Shown piece after piece: positions 58,841 through 64,000 of a stretch of 64,000 nucleotides of DNA. Within the stretch, counting starts at the first letter, position 1. Each line of letters begins with the position of its first letter. The notes below the pieces were generated by a model that saw nothing but the letters and a program-made list of their open reading frames with translations, did no database searches and was not told where the DNA came from. A program made the translations under genes and the position numbers. This stretch comes from an uncultured Alphaproteobacteria bacterium (GTDB lineage: Bacteria > Pseudomonadota > Alphaproteobacteria > RF32 > CAG-239), in assembly GCA_944393665.1 (NCBI GenBank), contig CALYAX010000005.1:20611-84610 (forward strand), in the 5' to 3' direction.

Positions 58841-60778
58841 TTAACGGCAATCACCGCAATCTGACGGGGAAATTGCTCCGCGTTTGTAAAAATGCATAAA
58901 GGTTACCGGTTTGATATCGGTGGCTTTAAAAACCATTTTGCGAATCTTGGCCTGAATATATTCCTTTATCTGCGGCAGGCGGTAATTCAGTTTAACCACC
59001 TCTGCAGGAATGGATTCCAGCATTTCGGTTTTAATCTGTTCCGCCAGCCCGGCAAAAGCTTTTTCTTCCAAAATATCAATGGAAGAAATCTGCAGATCTT
59101 CCACCTGCCAGTTTTCACCCAGAACGCAGCTGATAAACAGGCTGCAATTGTAAGCAATCCGTTTGCGGTTTTTAACCAGCTGCGAATTCAGCGGCGTCAG
59201 CTGCCGGCGGTCAACACCGATTTCGGCCGTGGGCACCTCGCCGACAACCTCGGCGCTGCCGTTATGAATTCTGACAACATCGCCGTCGCGGGCAACGATA
59301 ACTTTTCCGACCCCGCAATCCAATTCCAGGGCAAAACGCCCCTGCATGCGGATACAGCGTTTGTCGCCGTGCACGGGGATAAGAACCCTGGGCTTAATCA
59401 GCGACAGCATTTTTGCGACCTCGTCACGGGTGCCATGGCCGGAGGTATGGACTTTGTACTCCTCTGAAGTAATAACCTCAACCCCGGCGTCGCGGAGTTT
59501 TTCCTGCATGCGTTCGATTTTGTCCTCATTGCCGGGAATAATCTGCGATGAAAAGATGATGGCATCACCCTTGCCAAGCTTGATATCTTTGTTTTCGCCG
59601 TTGACAATCCGGCTCAGCCCGCTGCGGTAATTGGCCTGAGAACCGGCGCAGATATAAAGCATTTTATCCAGCGGGATATCCATGGCCTGCTTAGCCTCGA
59701 CAACCGGAGGCAAATCTTTCAAAAAGCCGCAGTCGCGGGCAATTTTCATATTCTGAATCAGACTCATGCCGGCGATAACCGGGGTGCGCCCGGCAGCGTG
59801 GGCGGCCAGGATCAGGCTTTCCATCCGCGCAATATTCGAGGCAAAACAAGTGGCAACCAGCGTGTTTTTGAAACGCGGCAGCAGTTCAATCAGGCTTTCG
59901 CGGATCTCGTTTTCAGAAGGCTGCGGCACGCTGTGGCTCATTTGAATCGAATCGCCGACATACAAGTCTACGCCGGAAGCGCCAATCTGCTCAAGGCGGG
60001 CGTAATCAGTTTTCATAAACGCGATGCCCTGGTTGTCAAACCGCCAGTCGGTGGCATGAAAAATTGTTCCGTAACGGGTTTTGATATGCAGGGCGGCATT
60101 TTCCGGCAGGGAATGGACCACCGGGACATACTCAACCTCAAACCCCGGGAGCGTTACTACCGGATTGCCGTTGACGGAATGGATTTCCACTTCATCGGCC
60201 AATTTATATTCTTTGAGGCGCGGCAAGAGGTGGCCGATGGTAAAATCCGACGCATAAACCGGACAGCGCAGTTTGGGCCAGATATGCGCAATAGCACCGA
60301 AATGATCCTCATGCGAGTGAGTGATAAACAATGCCTCAATACAATCCTGATAACTTTCCAGAAACGAGGGATCGGCAAAGCCGAGCTCCATTCCCGGAAA
60401 ATCATCATTTAAAAAATCATAGCCGCAATCGACCACAATAATCCGGCCGTCAACAATATAGGCATACAGATTCATGCCGACTTTTTCGGCACCGCCGAGG
60501 GCAATAAAATAAATGCCTTCTTTTTCAAAACCGGGAACACGCGGCGGTACGGCCACAGCCTGAACGGCACAGCAGGGCGCGTTTGCTTCCGGTGCGGGAG
60601 CGGCAGTTGTTTCCGACAGCGGGACCGCCGTTGTTACAGCAGCCTCGGCAGCCGTAACCTCCGGCACCAGGACTGCAGGTGCCTCAGATGCCGGGGCGGT
60701 TGTTTTTTCAGCCGTTGAACCGGCAGGTTCCGATGCCGTTCCAAAATCTAATTCCAATTGATCTTCTTTTGTTTTCAT
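58841..60778 (-). CDS. rnj: ribonuclease J (beta-CASP MBL-fold RNase) with Ala/Pro/Thr-rich N-terminal extension
   Basis: ITHSHEDHFGA motif with beta-CASP and C-terminal domain, 645 aa. Confidence 0.75.
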   Translation of the reverse strand: MKTKEDQLELDFGTASEPAGSTAEKTTAPASEAPAVLVPEVTAAEAAVTTAVPLSETTAAPAPEANAPCCAVQAVAVPPRVPGFEKEGIYFIALGGAEKVGMNLYAYIVDGRIIVVDCGYDFLNDDFPGMELGFADPSFLESYQDCIEALFITHSHEDHFGAIAHIWPKLRCPVYASDFTIGHLLPRLKEYKLADEVEIHSVNGNPVVTLPGFEVEYVPVVHSLPENAALHIKTRYGTIFHATDWRFDNQGIAFMKTDYARLEQIGASGVDLYVGDSIQMSHSVPQPSENEIRESLIELLPRFKNTLVATCFASNIARMESLILAAHAAGRTPVIAGMSLIQNMKIARDCGFLKDLPPVVEAKQAMDIPLDKMLYICAGSQANYRSGLSRIVNGENKDIKLGKGDAIIFSSQIIPGNEDKIERMQEKLRDAGVEVITSEEYKVHTSGHGTRDEVAKMLSLIKPRVLIPVHGDKRCIRMQGRFALELDCGVGKVIVARDGDVVRIHNGSAEVVGEVPTAEIGVDRRQLTPLNSQLVKNRKRIAYNCSLFISCVLGENWQVEDLQISSIDILEEKAFAGLAEQIKTEMLESIPAEVVKLNYRLPQIKEYIQAKIRKMVFKATDIKPVTFMHFYKRGAISPSDCGDCR

Positions 60779-60848
60779 ATACTTTTAATCTTTACTAATT
60801 ATTTAAAACGCCTTTAAGCTAATTCTTTTAAGGCAAATATAAGTTGTT

Positions 60849-61577
60849 TCAGTCCTGCCGGAAAAAGACATCGCCGGCAGCAATCTTTTTAATTTCTCCG
60901 GCGGTTTCCAAGAGCAGGCAGCCGTCATCGCCGAGCCCCTTAAAAATTCCGCTAAGGCTTTCACGCGGCAGATTGACTCTTATCTCGCTCCCCACCCCTC
61001 TGGCCGCCTGAAGCCACAATTCTTTAACCGGGGCAAACCCCTGCCGGTTCCATCTTTCCAAACCACAGTTAAACTGCTGCAAAAAAGCTTTTAAGAAAGT
61101 GACACGGCCGGTCCTGATTCCGTTTTCCGCCAGACTTCCGGCCTGGTAAAGCAAACTGCCGGAAACTGCGGGGGCCGAGACAATATTGACACCAATGCCG
61201 ATGATTATATACATTCCCGCCCCTTTTTCAAGCAAAATCCCCGAAATCTTGTTTCCGGCCACCAAAACATCATTCGGCCACTTCAGGCTGATGTCTATTT
61301 CAGGTTTCAGCGCGCGAACCGTTTCCAACAGGGCCAGCGAAATTACAAAAACCAGTTCTCCCCAGCGCTGCTGCTCTATTTCCAATCCCAGCGACATAAA
61401 GAGATTGCCTTCCAAACTCTGCCAGGACCGGCCCCGCCGCCCCCTGCCCGCAGTCTGTTTTACGGCAGTGACGGCAAACCGCGGCGCCGGGGGCTGTGCC
61501 GAGAGGCCGGCCGCGTAATCATTAGTGGAACCCAACTCGGCAAAATCTTCCCAAAGCCAGCCATGTAAATTTTCCAT
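60849..61577 (-). CDS. birA: biotin--[acetyl-CoA-carboxylase] ligase
   Basis: GRGRRGRSW biotin-binding motif, 242 aa with no N-terminal HTH, making it a group I BirA. Confidence 0.85.
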   Translation of the reverse strand: MENLHGWLWEDFAELGSTNDYAAGLSAQPPAPRFAVTAVKQTAGRGRRGRSWQSLEGNLFMSLGLEIEQQRWGELVFVISLALLETVRALKPEIDISLKWPNDVLVAGNKISGILLEKGAGMYIIIGIGVNIVSAPAVSGSLLYQAGSLAENGIRTGRVTFLKAFLQQFNCGLERWNRQGFAPVKELWLQAARGVGSEIRVNLPRESLSGIFKGLGDDGCLLLETAGEIKKIAAGDVFFRQD

Positions 61578-61579
61578 CG

Positions 61580-63004
61580 TTAAAAAACTCCGCTTAATAT
61601 CTTTTCCGCATCTTGCAGCAGGTAAGTCGGGTTAATAATTGAAATCATAACCAGAATCAGATTGATAAACAAACAGATATAAATGGCTTTGTCGGTGCGG
61701 TCAAAATTATGTTTCACCGGTTCAAAATAAATGGTGCGGATGACCTGCAAATAAGCGTTGGCCATAAACAATATGGACAGCAGCAAAACCCCGACACTGA
61801 CCCAGCGCTCATCAACCACCAGATTATTGATAACCGACAGCCGCCCCAGAAATCCCAGCAGCGGCGGCGTTCCGGTCAGGGAAATCATAAAAATCAGAAA
61901 AGCAGCTGCCAGATAAGGCTTTGCGTTAGACAAGCCGTCAATATCTTCCAGATTGGCAAGAAAATCGCCGCGGCTTTTCAGGCCGAGAAAAACCGTATAA
62001 ACGCCTGCCATGGCCAGCAGATAAATCATCATATAAGCAAAGGCGCTCAGCATGCCGCCGTGATTAAAGCTGACGATTGAAAACAGCATAAACCCGAGGT
62101 GATAAACGCTGCTGAAACCGAACAGCCGCCGGATATTGGCCGCCCCGTTGGCAGACAAAGCCCCGACAAACAATGAAAAAGCGGCAAAAATAATCAAAAC
62201 CAGGCGCATAAAGCCGCCGGCTTCGCCAAAAACATTGGTAATTAAGTTAATCAGGCAGGATAAATGGGCAAAAGGCGGAATTAAAGTCAAAAAGCCGCAA
62301 ACCGGTAAAATGGCATAAGTCAGCATGCCGAGATACCAGGAATGGAAAGGCGCAATGGCCAGCATGAACAACAGCGAGGCCAAAATCATTCCGACCGCGG
62401 CGTAATCGGCCAGCGCTAAAGCACCGCGGTTTTGAAAATAAGCAAAAACCCCGGCGCAGTCAAAGGTTCCGGCCCTGGAGCCGATCAGTACTATTCCCCC
62501 GGCCAGTAAAAGAATAAACAACCAGGATAAAAAGGCATACAGCCGCGACATGACCCTGATTTCGTCAGGATCGGTATATAATCGCAGCAGGCGCCAGTTA
62601 ATCCAGCACAGCAGCGGCACCAGCACCAGCGGCAAAAGCAGCGAAGCCGCCGAAATCAACAGTTCCAGCGCCAACAGCGCCAGCATGACCAGGTTATAAA
62701 ATTGATACGAGCTTTTATTCTTGGCCAAAAACCATTTTGAAGATAAATAGTACCAGGCCAGTGCCAGCAGATAAATAACAATCTTGAACAGGGTGCTGTA
62801 AGGCGTGTTTACCCATAGCCCGGGAAAAGCGCTTTTATTATAAAAAACAACGGTTCCCAGGATTGCCGCCAGCAAAAAATATTTGCTGAGCGTGAAAAAG
62901 GTTTTGGGCGTATTGACTGTCCGGTAACGGTTAATCAGCCAGGCCGCCAGCAAAAATCCCAGCAGCGCCAGTTCCGGAAACAAAATCAGCCAATCCTGCA
63001 GCAT
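61580..63004 (-). CDS. nuoN: NADH-quinone oxidoreductase subunit N
   Basis: 474 aa polytopic membrane protein in typical NuoN position after nuoM. Confidence 0.8.
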   Translation of the reverse strand: MLQDWLILFPELALLGFLLAAWLINRYRTVNTPKTFFTLSKYFLLAAILGTVVFYNKSAFPGLWVNTPYSTLFKIVIYLLALAWYYLSSKWFLAKNKSSYQFYNLVMLALLALELLISAASLLLPLVLVPLLCWINWRLLRLYTDPDEIRVMSRLYAFLSWLFILLLAGGIVLIGSRAGTFDCAGVFAYFQNRGALALADYAAVGMILASLLFMLAIAPFHSWYLGMLTYAILPVCGFLTLIPPFAHLSCLINLITNVFGEAGGFMRLVLIIFAAFSLFVGALSANGAANIRRLFGFSSVYHLGFMLFSIVSFNHGGMLSAFAYMMIYLLAMAGVYTVFLGLKSRGDFLANLEDIDGLSNAKPYLAAAFLIFMISLTGTPPLLGFLGRLSVINNLVVDERWVSVGVLLLSILFMANAYLQVIRTIYFEPVKHNFDRTDKAIYICLFINLILVMISIINPTYLLQDAEKILSGVF

Positions 63005-63016
63005 GTTTTTTTCCCC

Positions 63017-64000
63017 TTACTCGTCAATTACAAACCACAGGGGCTTGATGAAAGTCATTAACAAAACAAACATGATAAAAAGCATAAACCAAAACATCGG
63101 TTTAGAAATATCGTCTTTGGCATCAACCGGGCAGTCGGGATTATCCACTTTGAGGCGGAACAGTTCCTGCAGCAGCATAGCGCCGACCAGCGTCAGCGAG
63201 GCAATCAGCACCATGCCCATTTTAATATTGGAGGCAAGCAGGCGCGACAAAATTAAAAAATTATTCAGAAAGACTGCCGACAGCGGCATGCCGATTGCGG
63301 CAATTGTTAAATAGGAATAGCTGAACGACAGGCGTTTGACCTTGCACAAAAAGCCGCGGGTGCCGCTTTCATATAACTCCTCCTGATGGTAAATATAGCC
63401 GGTCAAAACCTCAAGCGCGGCCGCTATCAGCACAAAACTGAACAGCGAATAGCCAATGTTGATGCGAATCAGCTCGCTGGCATTAAAAACGCCAAGCAAA
63501 TACATTATGTAGTAGACCGTTATGTAAGCAAACAGTTTATACTGCGTATCCTTATTGCTAAATCCAATCAGAGCAATAAAAAGCATGGTAACGGCGCCGA
63601 TAATATCCACCCACCAGGCATATTGCGCCACCGGGAGGGGAAACTGAGCAGGAAGAAAGCGGATAAAACCGTAAATGCCGGTCAGGGGAATGGCGGCGGT
63701 GATAATAAAGGCCAGCGGATTACGAATACTTGAGTTGATTGAAGAAATCCAATAGTGAAACGGCCAAATCGGAATCCGCGACAAAAAGGAAATAAAAACC
63801 GCACCCCAAATATAATAACGGACTCCGGGGCGCAGTTCTGTCCGGGCAAATTGCTCCAGCGTCAGGGCCCCGTGGAAATGATAAATAATCATCACGGCGC
63901 TGAACAAAATGATGGCGCCCAGAAAATTATACAGGAAATAACGATAAATCAGCCCGGTTTTCCGAACCTCGCCAAACATGCCGATAATCATAAATACCGG
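63017..64000 (-). CDS. nuoM: NADH-quinone oxidoreductase subunit M, C-terminal part (gene continues beyond window end)
   Basis: Polytopic antiporter-like subunit. The reading frame remains open to the window edge. Confidence 0.75.
   Translation of the reverse strand, partial: PVFMIIGMFGEVRKTGLIYRYFLYNFLGAIILFSAVMIIYHFHGALTLEQFARTELRPGVRYYIWGAVFISFLSRIPIWPFHYWISSINSSIRNPLAFIITAAIPLTGIYGFIRFLPAQFPLPVAQYAWWVDIIGAVTMLFIALIGFSNKDTQYKLFAYITVYYIMYLLGVFNASELIRINIGYSLFSFVLIAAALEVLTGYIYHQEELYESGTRGFLCKVKRLSFSYSYLTIAAIGMPLSAVFLNNFLILSRLLASNIKMGMVLIASLTLVGAMLLQELFRLKVDNPDCPVDAKDDISKPMFWFMLFIMFVLLMTFIKPLWFVIDE

Overview
This 64 kb window looks like a chromosomal segment of an alphaproteobacterium with Rhizobiales-type gene order: prfB-mrcA-amiC-rne, hflK-hflC-degP-holC, nuoM-nuoN-birA-rnj, rplM-rpsI and cysS-gltX. 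GC content is roughly 45-50% by eye. The housekeeping genes are identified from their motifs. Two accessory regions stand out. (1) A 10-12 kb block of minus-strand genes at 7989..18183 is a compact T7-like podovirus-derived cluster: small and large terminase, an embedded holin/cell-wall-hydrolase lysis cassette, portal, scaffold, major capsid, tail tubular A/B-like proteins and a gp13-like membrane protein. It has a divergent CI/LexA-type repressor switch at 18794..19938. It lacks internal core/ejection proteins, tail fibres, replication genes and an integrase, so it may be a domesticated particle-producing element. (2) A family of large secreted cysteine-rich modular repeat proteins, apparently undescribed. 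Three tandem paralogs sit at 41401..48589, each with its own sigma70-like promoter and intrinsic terminator. One contains five tandem 120-bp coding repeats. One is a 5' chimera that is frameshifted at a C4G5 homopolymer. A ~250-bp duplicated terminator/promoter/5'-coding cassette links the second and third copies. A fourth paralog N-terminus runs off the window start at 1..367 on the minus strand; the ORF track missed it. Also noted are a prfB programmed +1 frameshift, an unannotated 57-aa lipoprotein gene, three small lipoproteins beside the phage block, and an AT-rich Lys-rich orphan gene between rplM and mutS. No tRNA, rRNA, CRISPR array, transposase or integrase was recognised.
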